DNA of 64,000 nt, taken from Perkinsus chesapeaki ATCC PRA-425 (Eukaryota; Protista; Perkinsozoa). A model generated the notes under the pieces. It was not told the DNA's origin. It saw only the letters and a list, made by a program, of their open reading frames with translations, and ran no database searches. Shown here piece by piece: positions 12,946 through 25,872 of this stretch (position 1 is the first letter of the stretch; the number at the start of each line of letters is the position of its first letter). Position numbers and translations under genes: made by a program. The stretch lies in the NCBI GenBank assembly GCA_013115145.1, contig JAAPAO010000041.1, forward strand, positions 45,685 to 109,684, in the 5' to 3' direction.

Positions 12946-13841
12946 AATGTAATGCTCCTACTTTGTTCACGTATCTGGGGCATTTGTCATAATTACTGTC
13001 TATGGTTGTTGCCATTATTGTCTCTCTCACGCACAGGTAAGCAGCCTATTGTTGCGAGTGAGAATTGCTGTACTTTGTATTTTTAGGGTATCATAGCATT
13101 GCCAGAGTGAGGCCATGTGTATTTGGAGTCCTCCGAACTTCATAGCTTTTACTCTGGTCACTCACTAAGTTGTTCAAGAAGTTGATGTTCATGCTGAAGC
13201 GGCTTACAGGCAATATTATTATGGGTAAACTGTTCCACTACGAGGTTTAGTGCCTATCTGGCAATATGCTGTTATGTATACCCCTTTCATAACGTTTCCG
13301 ACTGAGAAGGTTAGCCCATCACGATAAGTTAGTTGTACACATTTTCCTGTAACATATCACGAAGTTCTCAGTAGTGGTTAGCAGTGGTACACTGAGCGAT
13401 CAGCTTTCCGCTTTGCTGCATAGTAGGCCGCCGATCCCCACCATGTGGAGGAACTGTGGTTGATATGCATTGGAAAGCGTCTTGAAGAAGCTCTTTTATT
13501 CACATGCGTCAGAATCAGGGCATTCTACTTGTACAGTTTGCTCTGAGTGTCTATGAAGATCGCCGCAAGCCTGCTACTTGTTTTGACATATGATGATGAT
13601 CTCTACCGTTTTACCATTGTCTTATCAAAGCCATCGATAGGCTTCTGCTGTACTGCGTGAGACTCGTCACATACCCGCCCAACTGCTTCCACCGTTTGCT
13701 ACTCCACTAACATCGCCCTATTCATTATAATGCCCACAATGTCAGTGTTGCGTAGTAAACAAAGCTAGTAGTAGTAGAAGCAGCATACCGACTGCAACTC
13801 CTTCATCTCAGCGTTCCCCAAGTGTCAGAGCATTTGTTGCG

Positions 13842-16800
13842 ATGTCAATAGCGGCTGGCCTACGAGAGATAGTAGACAGGTTGAATGGACATCCCTTTAA
13901 TATGGGAATGTCGCTAATACAGTTCGATGAGCTATCACCGTAATGACGTTCAGATGAGATGTGATGCTGTATCTTTCACTTCCCTAAGAGAACCGACCCT
14001 TCGTTGCGCGGACAATATCTTGCCGTCGTCCAACAGTTGTCTCCATCCGCTGTAATATAGGCGAGTTTCAGGTACGATCTGTTGCTACTAGTCAATAAGG
14101 TTATTATTACGTTGGACGCGAAACATAAAGTAAGTGGGTTATCCATGCTGTTCTGAGCTCTCTATGCCAACAAGTGTAGGTCGATATGGAGAATGAAAAA
14201 ATCGATGCAACTTACCAACGTATGACAGAGTTCATCAGCGTGCTTGGATATCCCAGCGACTATGGCCAGTAACGGACGCCCTACCGTGTTTGTCACCCTA
14301 GTATCTATCTTGGGGTAGATCCTTTCGGGATGGCTTCATCAAGGGCGACAAACGGGTCCTCCATCCCATTCTATATTGGCTCCTAATCAACCTATCGCAG
14401 TTGAAGGAACGGGCTTATTTGGCAAGGTGCGTACTTATCTCGTTGATCACGTGCCAATCTGCTATTATTGCAGAGATGGTTTAATATGGAATAGGTACCT
14501 TGTCGATTTTGGGGTCCCACAAGAGTTCATGCAAGATGTGGGTGTCGCTGAGATGTATGGTAAATTTAAAGAGCTCCAGTCGACTTTCAAGGTAAGGGTC
14601 TCTAAGCTGGACCCAGATGACCTGTTAAGGCGACACATTCGGCGTTACAACAACAAAAGGCGACAGCGGTACTTCCTAAAGATCTCCGGCGTGATATACA
14701 GCAGCTGAGTGTCGAGAAAGATCAACTAGTGGTGAAGATTAAGTGTAGACTGGGATCAGATTACCTTACCTTGAGGAGCTTTCATCTATCCTATCAGCCT
14801 TCAAAAACCGTACTTCTGGCAACCCTGACTTCAGTGCACTTCTTGAAGTAACTTCAAAGCTTCGGAATGAACAGGAGGAAGAGGTACTTACTCTTGGTTA
14901 CCCTACTTAACCACCTTCACTCACTTTACCTACGTTACCTTACTATTTCGACATACCGACACGTTCGCAAGCCCGTAGTGCGTGGTGGTGTTAGGCTCGG
15001 CTTAGTGAACAATACAGGCAACAGAAGCATCAGCTAGAACAGGCTGAGAACTTCCATCAAGCGGCGAGTCAGAGGCTACAGGAGATGCGCCAGGCACGGG
15101 AGGAGGCTGAAGAGAATCCAGGGCGAATGCTGGAGGTACTGGTAGTGAACAGGAGGGGCCTTTGGTAGCCTTGGGAAACAGGTCATTCGTAGTGATGTGG
15201 AAACTACAGGAGCTCGGCTGCAACAGATGACATCTGATCATGGTATACTTTGCCAAGAACTGGATGCTGCTGAGAGGCAGCTTAGCGTTCCTAATGTGAG
15301 CTAGCGGCTATCATGCTGATGCCGAGGTAATTTCGCAGATCGATGAGGAGACACTACTCGACGCCGAGGAAAAACTATCAGAGCTCCAAGATGAAGTAGA
15401 TTCCATGGAGAACAGTCTCAAGAGCCAGCTTCAAGTGAGGATGCCTATACAAGGCGGACCATAAGTTGAATGTCTCTGATGTCGTGTCAGGCGCAGGCAT
15501 CACTTGATAGTAAAAACGCTAGCGGCGGGCTTCAAGTAATTAGGATGGTTGTTAATTGAATTGACTGACCAGAATACAGGTATATAGGCAACAGGCCCAG
15601 CTGGTAGCTAAGAAACACGAGGCATTATCAAAGAGGGTAGAGGCCATCGAGGTAGAGAGGAACTCGGCAGCTTTTGAATTGGAGCAACTGGAAGCTGACT
15701 ATGAACAGCGAACAGGACATCGGTAATATTGGGGACCTTTAGGGTGAGTTATCTCCTCGTTTTTACAAGATATCTTCACCGTGAGGAATTCAAGGAGTAC
15801 GCAGCGACACTGCGAGACAAAACCAATAAGTTTAAGTTGGCAAAGAACGAAGTGCAGACCCTGAGGTCCGAAGTGTCTATATTGAAGAGGACGGAACAGC
15901 TGCTGAATGAAAGGTGAGGCTATCGGGGCTAGTGGGCAACATAGCGGACTTGCAGGCTTGGCAATGCTGTCGGACAGCTACGGAGTGTCGAGGAGCAATA
16001 TGGTGTTGTCGGGCATGATGAACTAGAGTCAAGGCTGATGGAGGTAAGAATAATAACTGTGGATGGTCGTGATTGGGAGACAGGCCTCGGAAGCTAAGTC
16101 GATAGCCGACTCGAAAAAAGGGACACAGATGGAGGAAATATCTGCATTGGTGACAAAGATCAACTTCTTACTTCGTGAGAAAAAGAACGAACTGGCCCCT
16201 AGCATTAAGGTAGGTTCTACGGAAATGGAGAATTACTCAACTGCCGCAGATTCTTAGAGCAAAGAGAGAAGAGCTAGCGGAGGCAGAGGGGGTGTACTTA
16301 ACTAAGAGAACGGAGTAGTTGCCCGGATTGTAGATTGATAGGTGCCAATTTTTCGAAGGTACGAAGCAGTGGAAGCAGATCTTAGCAAGGATGTAATGGA
16401 ACGGAGAAGTGTTGTAAACAAATTGCTTGAAGAGACCGAATCACTAAGGAGCCGAGCAGAAGAAATCAAATTACGAACTATAGCGTATCGAGTCATCACC
16501 GCCCACATTTCCACTAGGCTCCATTCACAGGACGGATGCTCTAATTGATCGAGCTGAGCGTGAAGGTAAATGCCTAAGCGGCCAAGCCAGGTTCTCGGAG
16601 GAGTACCCGTCCTTGAGCTCGGCATACACGGCCAGGATTGGGGAGTTGGAACAGGTAAGCTCCGTTCACTGAATTCCGGCTTAATTGGTCAGGGTTGCCA
16701 TGCTTCGCGGAAGCAACAAGCCGATGTACAAAACTCATACGACTGGCGAATGCATCAGAAGCAGCTGTTTCAGCGATTGAACCGTTTGCTTGAAGTCATA

Positions 16801-16941
16801 TTACATTTATAAAGTGATATTTATTATTGTGTCCAGATGAAGCTACGGTCAGTAGAGTCATCATCGGTAGAGGTTGAGGGTCCAGGGCATGTAGAGCACC
16901 TAGCTCAAGGAGTTAATCGCCTCGTTATTGAGGGCAATTGA
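13842..16941 (+). CDS. IFT81: Intraflagellar transport protein 81
   Basis: N-terminal LREIVDRLNGHPFNMGMSLIQFDEL, then ILYWLLINLSQLKERAYLA, VPQEFMQDVGVAEMYGKFKELQSTFK and long coiled-coil exons, ending NRLVIEGN*. Confidence 0.9.
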
Positions 16942-17072
16942 TAGTGTGGCATGAGTTCCTTGTTTATTCATTTCCCGTGCACATTCTGTGTTGTATCGTT
17001 AGTTGTCACATTACCTTGCTTTACTCAACACACTTTCAAATTGAATATAGTAACAAATATGGCAAGTTCTCC

Positions 17073-19327
17073 CTAGCTAGGATGGGATGGCCTTAACCAG
17101 CAACGATCACAGCAACGTGCAGTCTCGGGAGACATAAGCATGTTCATCCTATTCTTACTGCATCCATCACATACAGCCTGATATCGATATAGCAGCGCTG
17201 GGGCAAGCTCCGGCTTACATTGCCGCAACTATAACAGTTGTGCCGTGAAAGTAGTCTGTGTGCTTCAGACTTCAATACGGAGTTCCATAGGAAGTCTGAT
17301 CCACAGCAAGAGCAGCAAGCACTGGCAGATTGAGGTGTCCATAACGGAGTTCTCCCCCGGTGTTTGGGGTCAGTGGCGACGAGGGCTGCGAGCTGCTTGA
17401 TTGCCTATGAGAACACTCTTCCTTCGTGATAGTTGCTCTAGAGTTACCATATAATATGAGCGTCCAAAGTGATCATGTAGCATACCTGGCTGGAGCTGAA
17501 CTTGCTGGAGACCACACCAATCTCTTGGAACGTAAGAGCATCGATTGCAGCCATCACGACGGTATATGTGGATAACTTTGCCCGGAACTCGGAGCTCGCT
17601 GGCGTGATGCAATGGCTCGACTTGCGAAATATCAGGGGGGACGTCGTGTATGCTCGACAAGCCTTCAACGGCATCATCTGTTGGCATAGATATATAAAAT
17701 CATCAACACATTAGGTCCGACCTAAAACTTGCGCTTCTGCACGCTCAGCAGCCCAACGCCATGGACGACCAACAGCAGCCGTTACGCCAGAGAAGAACGA
17801 ACCTAGCGTATCAGACCATGCCCGACTGCCGTTTGATTGAGGACTGAGATCTGGGTATTCCGCTTCGGGATGCCGATGATCACTGGGAATGGATCCACTA
17901 GCTTCGGCCGTTACCTAATGAAGGTTCACACAAATGATGCTATACACAGTAATTTACCATTATAGCATCACCATCATCTGTGTGAGCGTGATCACGTCGC
18001 CTCTTTAGTTGGGTAAGCCGTTTGATGTCCCTTAAGGCTGCCGCGTCTTCGGCTAGGTACTGCCTTGTTCGTGCAACGCTTGTGGGGTCAGCAAGTCGTT
18101 CGATAAGTTTTCTTGCATTGTGCACCGATGCTCTCGGTACCATATCATCCCGATTGACAACGGAGATCACTCCAAGCCTCTCAGCTGCAGAGGCAAGTGT
18201 CTCGTCCATACAGGCAGGAGACCCAAACCCGACACATCTGAACCAAAATGTTGCTAGCTATCCCTTGGAGCGGCAGTGCTGCTCACGTAAGTGTATCGCA
18301 GTTTGTCATGACATCTTGGCGCAGAATCAAACAAGCCAAGGAAGCAATGCCGGCCCCTAAGGAGTGTCCAGTGAGAGATATACGATATCCTTCAGAGTGC
18401 AACCGGGCTAGGCAACTGCCAACCTCTCTTACGAGATGCTGAGCTGCTACGAGCATACCTGATCAATGCGATGGATACAACGCTGGATGATCCATAGGTT
18501 ACCCATATGGCAGTGTCCCATGGTACCATCAGCCAGATGAAGGGTGCCTTGAAATGCATTGAGATCTGTCACTGAGTCTCCTATCGTAGTAGTTCCAGGT
18601 AGTATAAGAACTGCCCTTTTATGGGTGTTGCTATTCGAGTAGCCGTCACCGCCTCTGCATGCCAGATAAAACGTGTGGCCGAACTCCCTGTACCGTGAAT
18701 AATGGGGCTCCGCCAATACCAACGTCCATCCCTAAGATCCCAAATCTATCGTCAATCATTAGTATGCTAGTAACACACTTGCAACCGCAATAGTCTCTGA
18801 GCATCAACGGGTGTCGATTCTGCTGGGATGTGAACCGCCAAGCTACACAGAAGCTCCACTTCGGATAGACTGGCCTTCGACGGCACGGGAAGTCCTGCGT
18901 AGACCGTTCAACAGGCACCACTGTGGAGCCTTACCTTCATGTGTTTTGGCTTCGAGCATCGGGTCATTACCGCGCGCACCATAATCCTCGCCCATGAGGT
19001 AGTATCTGATTCAATCCTGCAAGTACGGATGGCCATTATTATGCCACATTGCTGCAGCCACATCCGCTGTATTAGCCGTCCATCGGGAGCCAAGGCCAGC
19101 ACTGCTGGTGAGCTTGGATAACATCCCTATCGCCTCGACTATCTCGCTACCATATATACACAATGGGCCATAACGGAATAAATAATAAGCTCCAGAGATG
19201 TATCTGAGTCAACACTACAGAGTGATATGATAGGCATAATAATCAACTTGGCGAAAGCTCCCATAGGCAGGACTGATGAAGCAGCTCTCAGAGCTTGAAG
19301 AAAGTTACCACCCAGACGATAAACCAT
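17073..19327 (-). CDS. Class 3 lipase with C-terminal FYVE-like zinc finger (may be the 3' part of a larger fused gene)
   Basis: LILPGTTTIGDSVTDL, nucleophile motif LTGHSLGAG (18355-18369), VNRDDMVPR (Asp) and MLHDH (His). C-terminal WTPQSASACCSCCGSDF..SRHNCYSCG..CCDRC. Confidence 0.85.
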
Positions 19328-19329
19328 GG

Positions 19330-21435
19330 CTACGCTCGTTTCCGGTGCCGACTTGTAGGCTGGCAGCCGCCCTCCTAGGTACCTACTCGAGCATTAGGCC
19401 ATGTGCCTCTCAGTTCTATCTCACAGTTGTATCCTCTCCTGTCTAACCTTAACACGGTCCAATAGCATATCCTTAGAAGCTTCACTTAAACAGGCATAAC
19501 ACAGCATCCCGCTAAGCTTATTGAGACCCTTTCGGACCTCATCTCGAGTGCCAGAGTCGGCAGCCTGAAGGTAAATGGCTTCCCGCTATGGCCGCTTTCG
19601 ATGCCCACATCAAGGCCTAGTTCCGCATCATCATCACCATCGCAGGCTTCATCACGCTCCTCCTTCCCTCCCATGCTTTCTTGCTCTTGTCGACGTTGAA
19701 GGTCGCCGAGAGTCGGGCGTTCGGCGGCTTCCACAGAAATGCCTGATAAAGGACCTACCACCATTCAGACCACTCGACCAGTCCTCACGGTTGGCTCGTA
19801 TAACGCTTTCCTGTAGAGCTGCTGGAGTGAGGGCAACTTCACCAGCGGCCTCAGCGAGGCATGCCTTACAGAATGGATGACCACACATTGGGCATTGCCG
19901 TGGCCTAGCCGAGGAGGAGGCTCATAGGAACAGCAACAATCTGGCATACCTGTTAGTGAAGGTAAAGTCTATCGTGCACTTCCAACAGCACGGTGGAGGC
20001 CGCGGCCGCTGATTAGCTTCTTCAGTATTACGGTCGTGGTTGGGACTTGCTTGTTGAGATGTCCCGTCAGAGGGCCCAGGAGTAGTGTTTGAGCGCCGAA
20101 ATGACAGGGCATTAGCCAAGCTGGATACCCAACTTCGCCTCTGTGGGCTCGGCCCAGATTCGATTCCACTCTCTGGCTCGTGTGCCATCTCCTCCGCGTC
20201 GTCTTCATCATCTAGCTGAATGATTGGAGAAGAAGCTCTGCCCGGCGCTTCATCAAGCATAGTGGCATCCGGTGGGCCAAAGGCAGAGGAGCCAACAGAC
20301 GTGCCCACATTGGCCAGAGGCAACCTGAGGGCCGCCACTTCAGGGAGAAGCTAACAGCCTTTTTCACGTCAGTGGTTCTGATGTTTCCATCGCAGAAGCA
20401 TCCAATCCAGTCGAATATCCTCCCCTTCCGGTGAGGCGTTTAAACATGCCTAATAGTCCTCGGCCTCGAGCAGTGTAGTGTAAGGTCAAAACGCAGCGAT
20501 TGAGGGATCCTCGGATGACAAGGAATACAAAAGCCACGGACTGATGGTAGACTAAGGTCACCTCATCCAGACAGGGCTCAAACCAAAGCTTATACAAAGA
20601 CATGTAAGTGCCATACATCGGTTATGTCATGCACAAGAAGACTGTGTGGCAATTTTACAGTGAAAATGAAGATACAGAAGTATCTAACTGTCAGTCGAGG
20701 AGGGTTTCTCGATTGCTTTCTCCTTGCCGCGTGTGTGGCAATGCCTCCAATGCCGAGCTGCCCACGCCTCTACGAACTTCCATGGCTCCTCAGGCATGCA
20801 TACCAATAACTCGGTCATCATAGACTAAGGCGGCAAGATACTAATGTAGCTTATGCCATACCCTACCTCAATGCCATGTTGCAGTCGATGCTCCTGTATG
20901 TAACTGGCCGTAGCCGCCACTACTCGATGACCGCCAATGGTGCTCTTCCCTCCCAAAGACTCTTCGAAACTATTCTCGTATTCAACATCCATATCCTCCG
21001 CATCAGCTCCACTCCGCATTGTCACCTATCAATTTGGGCATGAGGATTCCTCCGGTTAGCAAGTAGATACTTTGGCCACTCCACTGGAAGTCGGTGGTAT
21101 TGCTAATGTACCCTCCATCACTGGGGCAAATATCTCAACCTTCACTCGAGGTGGAGCATCCTCTATCAGTACTGTACTTGTTGAGGCACACGGGACGTAT
21201 CTTGGACCGCACTCGATAGGTTTTTCTAATGAGTAGAAATCACGGCTGCCTACCTGCTCCTTTTCACAGGAACATCCATATCTGTAACGCGGATGAATGA
21301 GCCCGGTGGGGCCGATATCAAATCCGAGAATTTCAGACGGGTCTTCACACTTGGAGCGGGCCCGAGCCCAGCTTGAGCCGACGACCCAGCTACATCATCT
21401 TTACTCGAACGTGAGGCCTTAGGGCTCTTACTCAT
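19330..21435 (-). CDS. Protein with RIIa/Dpy-30-like dimerization/docking helix pair and a split FYVE-like zinc finger
   Basis: YIQEHRLQHGIE|SMMTELLVCMPEEPWKFVEAWA (D/D-like). Spliced CCWKCTIDFTFTNR|PRQCPMCGHPFCKAC, an acidic insert, then LCYAC. Middle exons uncertain. Confidence 0.58.
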
Positions 21436-21584
21436 ACCGACAATTGAAGCTGGAAAGTAATATGTGTTGTGCTGTCATAATTGTTCGCGTGTTCCACTTT
21501 GGATGAGCTAACCACTGCCTAATGACCAACTCAACACGTCTAAAAGTATCACAAGAGACGTTTCATAAATAGTAATCACAAATG

Positions 21585-24218
21585 TTAAGCAGCTTGCTCC
21601 TCCTCCTCCTCTTCATCATCATTGGAATCCCCTCCTTCTAGCGCCGCCAATAGGTCATCCTCATCCACTGTTAGCCCGCCGACAAAGCCTTCTTCACTGC
21701 TACTGTCCACCTCAGTGCCACCACCAGTGCTATTGATACTGCCAACGTGATGCTTGTGCCGAGGGCTGCTCTCTCCATCACTTTCGTGAGGGTCTCTGGC
21801 ATACAACTGCGGTGCTTGCCAATGGACTCGCATTGGAGTAGATTCCACCACACTCAACTTGAACGGTCCGAACTACGATTAACACCAGATGCTTCACAGT
21901 AGGTGCTCCTTTAGGCAATACCTTCGGCCGCTGCCACGTTGCTAAGGCGTGGAGGAGATACCAAACATGGACCACCGGAACTCCCATGGCCATAGCCTGC
22001 TGAGCTTTCCTCGTCTCCATATTACTCGCTACTAGTACGTCTATTGGTGGTCCACCTACCAGAGGCATTAATACTCACATCATTCCGGGCCGCTCTACCT
22101 GATGACCCAGCAGCAGGGTGGGTTATGTCCGATATTATAGTAGCACCTAGCCTGTTCAAAAGGCGTATAACTGGGTGCTGCTCTGAATCCCAATAATTGC
22201 TCGGTACTAGACCAGAGTGCCCAACTCTAAGTCCCTGCGAAAGAGCTGCACTATATATCCGCACCCTACTACCTCGAGTGTCTGCTCTCGAATCGCTGGT
22301 ATTATTGGGCGTACGTCTAGCTTGTCAGGATCGAGATCGTCGCCAACACTAACTTGTCCAGTAACTCCCCATCTCTCAGATGGATTACCTAGTGGCCAGT
22401 TGAGCTGCAGCGTAAGTCCTAGCATGTATATTCCGCAGCATCCCTGTCACATAATGGAGCTGCTTATCAGAGTCAGCCATCTCCAACCACCTTAGGTCTC
22501 TAACCAGACAACAGTCACTCATCCCGTGCATCATCACTAACCGTGGCGGAGCTCCCTCCTCTGGTGGGGTAGGCGCTGATGAACTGCTTGTATCTGCCGG
22601 ATGATGGTACTCAGCCAGCGGAGCCATCGCCCTCTTGCCGGACCCAGCCGCTATTATAGCGTTCAATTGACCTGTTTATTAATAACGCTACCACGTTCCC
22701 CAATGTGGAGGACCTTCCAGAGAGACTCTTAGCCTCTCCGAGTCGGGAAAGAAAACATAAGGAGTGACCTTGATAAGGCTGTGTTCGTTATCTTTAGGCT
22801 CCCAAACATCATCACGGTCATCTACTATAACAGCCAAGCGATGATTCGATGGGAAGATCTTAGATAGCATCTACAACATGGTAAGCCTACTACATACGCG
22901 ACAGCGAAGCTATCTACCTTGCATGTTAATGCCGATTGTGTTGGACGAGCTATCAAACGAGGTGGAGCTGGAAGGGTGATAGATGACTACCTTAGGTGGT
23001 ATTGCCTACATCCAAAGTAGCGACATGTCGGATCCAAGGCTTTAAGTAGTCTAACAGCATATTCCCTGGTGCCATGGGTGTAGAGGTATAACTCATAGAG
23101 AGGCAGGATATCCTCAAGAAAGGTGTAACTGGGATACAATAGCCCTTGGCCCGTTCACGGTATTATTATTACAATCCGGGCCTCAATTTGAGATAGCAAC
23201 AGGTACCCGTCCTACTCCCTCTATTACCGATGAAAAACTGGTAAACCTACGATGAGCTGCTGCATTATTGGGTTCCCCTACGTACCCGCAACACTACCTT
23301 ATTCTCATCCAGTCTACCAGTCTCCTTATTAGGCGCCAAGTTATAGCATGTAACATCTGATTCGAGGATAATAGCCAATATAGGTGTATTGGACTACTCA
23401 CCAGGAAACAATAGATCAATTCTCTTATTAGTGACATGCAATATAGTATGGTCTATATCAAGTACAGCTACAAGCCTTCTAGAGGATGCTAATGTACGTA
23501 TAGTAGACGACTCCAAAGATGCAGCCAACGCCTAATACATCATCAACGTCTGTCCAATCACATCGGCCTTCCGGGAAGGCCGATGTGATGTAGGGAAGGC
23601 CCTTCCCTACAGCCGAGACTCTAATTCCTTCATCAGCGCTTAGGAACTCAGTAGCGTAATAGCCCCCCTTCTGCATCGCCAATCTTCGCTCTGAAGACAC
23701 GAAAGATGGGAAGTCCTCCTGTAGGGTATCAATACCATCATCGCTGTCCAATTGCTCGCTACCATCGTCCTCATTATCATCATCCTCTTCATCCTCATAA
23801 TCATCTCCCATGCTCAACGGTGTATCCGTCCAAGGGCTGGCTGAAGATTGCCCTCCATTGGGCCCACCCTCGTTCACTTGGTCCACTATAGCGCAGCAGT
23901 TGGCACACATTCCTTGCCAGACCAGATCATGTGGACACTGACAAGCCGGGCAATCACAACTCGACCCCGACCACTTTCCAACACTACATCCCCCTTTTGC
24001 TGTTCCAGTGCGTCTGGTGACTTCCCCCCGATAGCCTGCCGCTTCGGAGATGACTGCTCATTCCCATCCAGATTATCCATCACACCCATCCCCGCTTTAC
24101 GCTTTGTTGCACCCTCCTTCGATGGTAACGGCGGTAAGATATTCTGACTGCCATCACTTGACGCTGCATTATCGCCAGGCGAGTTGGAGACGGATGATGA
24201 TGGTGATGATGATAACAT
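21585..24218 (-). CDS. FCP1: RNA polymerase II CTD phosphatase FCP1-like (FCPH + BRCT)
   Basis: LVAVLDIDHTILH (DxDxT, ~23450), AVIVDDRDDVW, LIKVTPYVFF, BRCT-like GLRVGHSG..LGATI..VPVVHVWYLLHA, N-terminal LCANC, acidic tail. Confidence 0.9.
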
Positions 24219-24409
24219 CGGCCGGGTGTCACACTAGGAATAATGTGGTGCGCCGCCCAAACTGGACATAAACACTAAAAGAAGGAATCGCCCGTTCCTC
24301 CCTTTACAAATTTCACCAACACTTAGCACTTCTGAAAATTCTGAAACAAATTTACTGAAACCGCATCAGCCGCTCCACTCTGGTTCGTGAAAAGACCGAC
24401 AGAGTTGCG

Positions 24410-24453
24410 GTCACGGCGAGGCAGTATCGATATTAAATAGTCAAGTAGTCACG
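24410..24453 (-). promoter_or_regulatory. Two CGTGAC motifs upstream of FCP1 (one of several oriented copies)
   Basis: GTCACG on + at 24410-24415 and 24448-24453, inside a non-coding gap. The same hexamer lies upstream of other genes (see findings). Confidence 0.35.
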
Positions 24454-24474
24454 TGAAGTATTATAGTAACAACT

Positions 24475-25785
24475 TTACCGTGGGCTTATCCTCACACCAA
24501 GAATCTCCTGCCTCACGAGCTCGTAGACATAGAAATTTATACCGACTGCCGGTATAACTTTAATTAGCTCTGGTACCTGTGAGAGTGGATCCTAATTTCC
24601 TGAGCTACCCCCTGCTTCTCTTAACCTACCAACCCCCTGTAAAGGCCTCTTATGGACTCCTTAGCGATTATCTCTTTTGCCACGGCAATGAAACTAGGAG
24701 CTGCCATACCAACACACATCTGCTGTCGCCGTCGAATTAAGTCTAATGGGAATATGATAGTCGATGCTGTAGTGCCTAGGGAGTGTTGCAAGCTGACATA
24801 GAGTGCCCGGTGAACTCTACTACCAGCCATAGCACCGCACAGCAAGCTTGATACCCAGGTCCCACGCTGCTTATCCGACGCATTAAACGACTGTATTCCA
24901 AGAACTTGTCGGAATATCCACTTCTCCATTTCTATGGCTCTAACCTACCAATAGAACTCTACAAAGTGCTCTTCTTTATGGCCTTACTTGCAGCGTCTCG
25001 TATATCGCAAAATTGATAGCTATGTTAAGTCCCTGGCACCATATTGTTACGCCAAGCCCTTTAAAGAGTGAACTTAAACCCTCCGTACGTGAAATCTCAC
25101 GGAGCGTTGGTACAATACCCCAATTACGGACGGTATCATTGGTAGCCAGCCGGGTCCGGACCAGGTCGAGAGGGTATGTCACAACCTGATAACGTGAAAA
25201 AGTAAATATAAGACTAATCTTATGGCGGGCAGTGAGCCCCAAATTACATTGGCTGCGCAACCTCCCATGAACCCAGCAATAAACCTGCAAGAGATGCCAG
25301 GATCCGTGGGGGAAGACCACAAAGGATGCATTAGAAGTTTGGCTTTCTCATAGACATAATAGTTGATGGCACCGCAAGGGAACTTGTGTATTACTGATAC
25401 TAAATTACCTGACAGCTATATTAGTAAATAATGTAGAACTCCTTATCTTAGGTTGATTCGAGTAAGATACAAATCAGATCAGTTTACGTTAACCCCCTCC
25501 ACACTACCTCTCCACATACTGCTCAATCCTTCTTTTTCTAATATGTTCTTCATTGTTTTATATATAGAATCATGCGAATGTACGGTTTTAGTAGCCCCCA
25601 TAGAGCTCACCTAAACCGTACCATATCTCATTCCGCCCCATTCCTATTATTACCTGATAAAGTATCGTCAGCCTCGACAACGGTGCTGTAACGGTCTTAG
25701 CGGTAGCGCTACCACATGACCCTCCCAGTAGACTGGCCCAAACTTTATAGTCCTGCTGGCTGTTAGCAGTCATGCTCGATGCCAT
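24475..25785 (-). CDS. Mitochondrial carrier (SLC25) protein
   Basis: Three carrier signature repeats: TAPLSRLTILYQ, TYPLDLVRTRLA, IFPLDLIRRRQQ; also GLYRGL|VPELIKVIPAVGINFYVYE. Confidence 0.92.
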
Positions 25786-25872
25786 TGGCCTGGAGTTCCC
25801 CAAAAAAATTCCGGAAAATCTTGCGTACTTAACCTTTCCTAACGATTACCAGCGTTTCCCGTCATTCGAGCG

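Noticed and set aside
13700-13790. Minus-strand MLLLLLLALF signal-peptide-like start
   Set aside because: It is encoded by a TAG/CTA repeat and followed by stops; selenocysteine or stop readthrough has no support.
19325-19333. CGTAGCCAT at the lipase start resembling the Perkinsus/dinoflagellate spliced leader
   Set aside because: Only 9 nt match with no GGCTCAAG end; a match this short is expected by chance in 64 kb on two strands.
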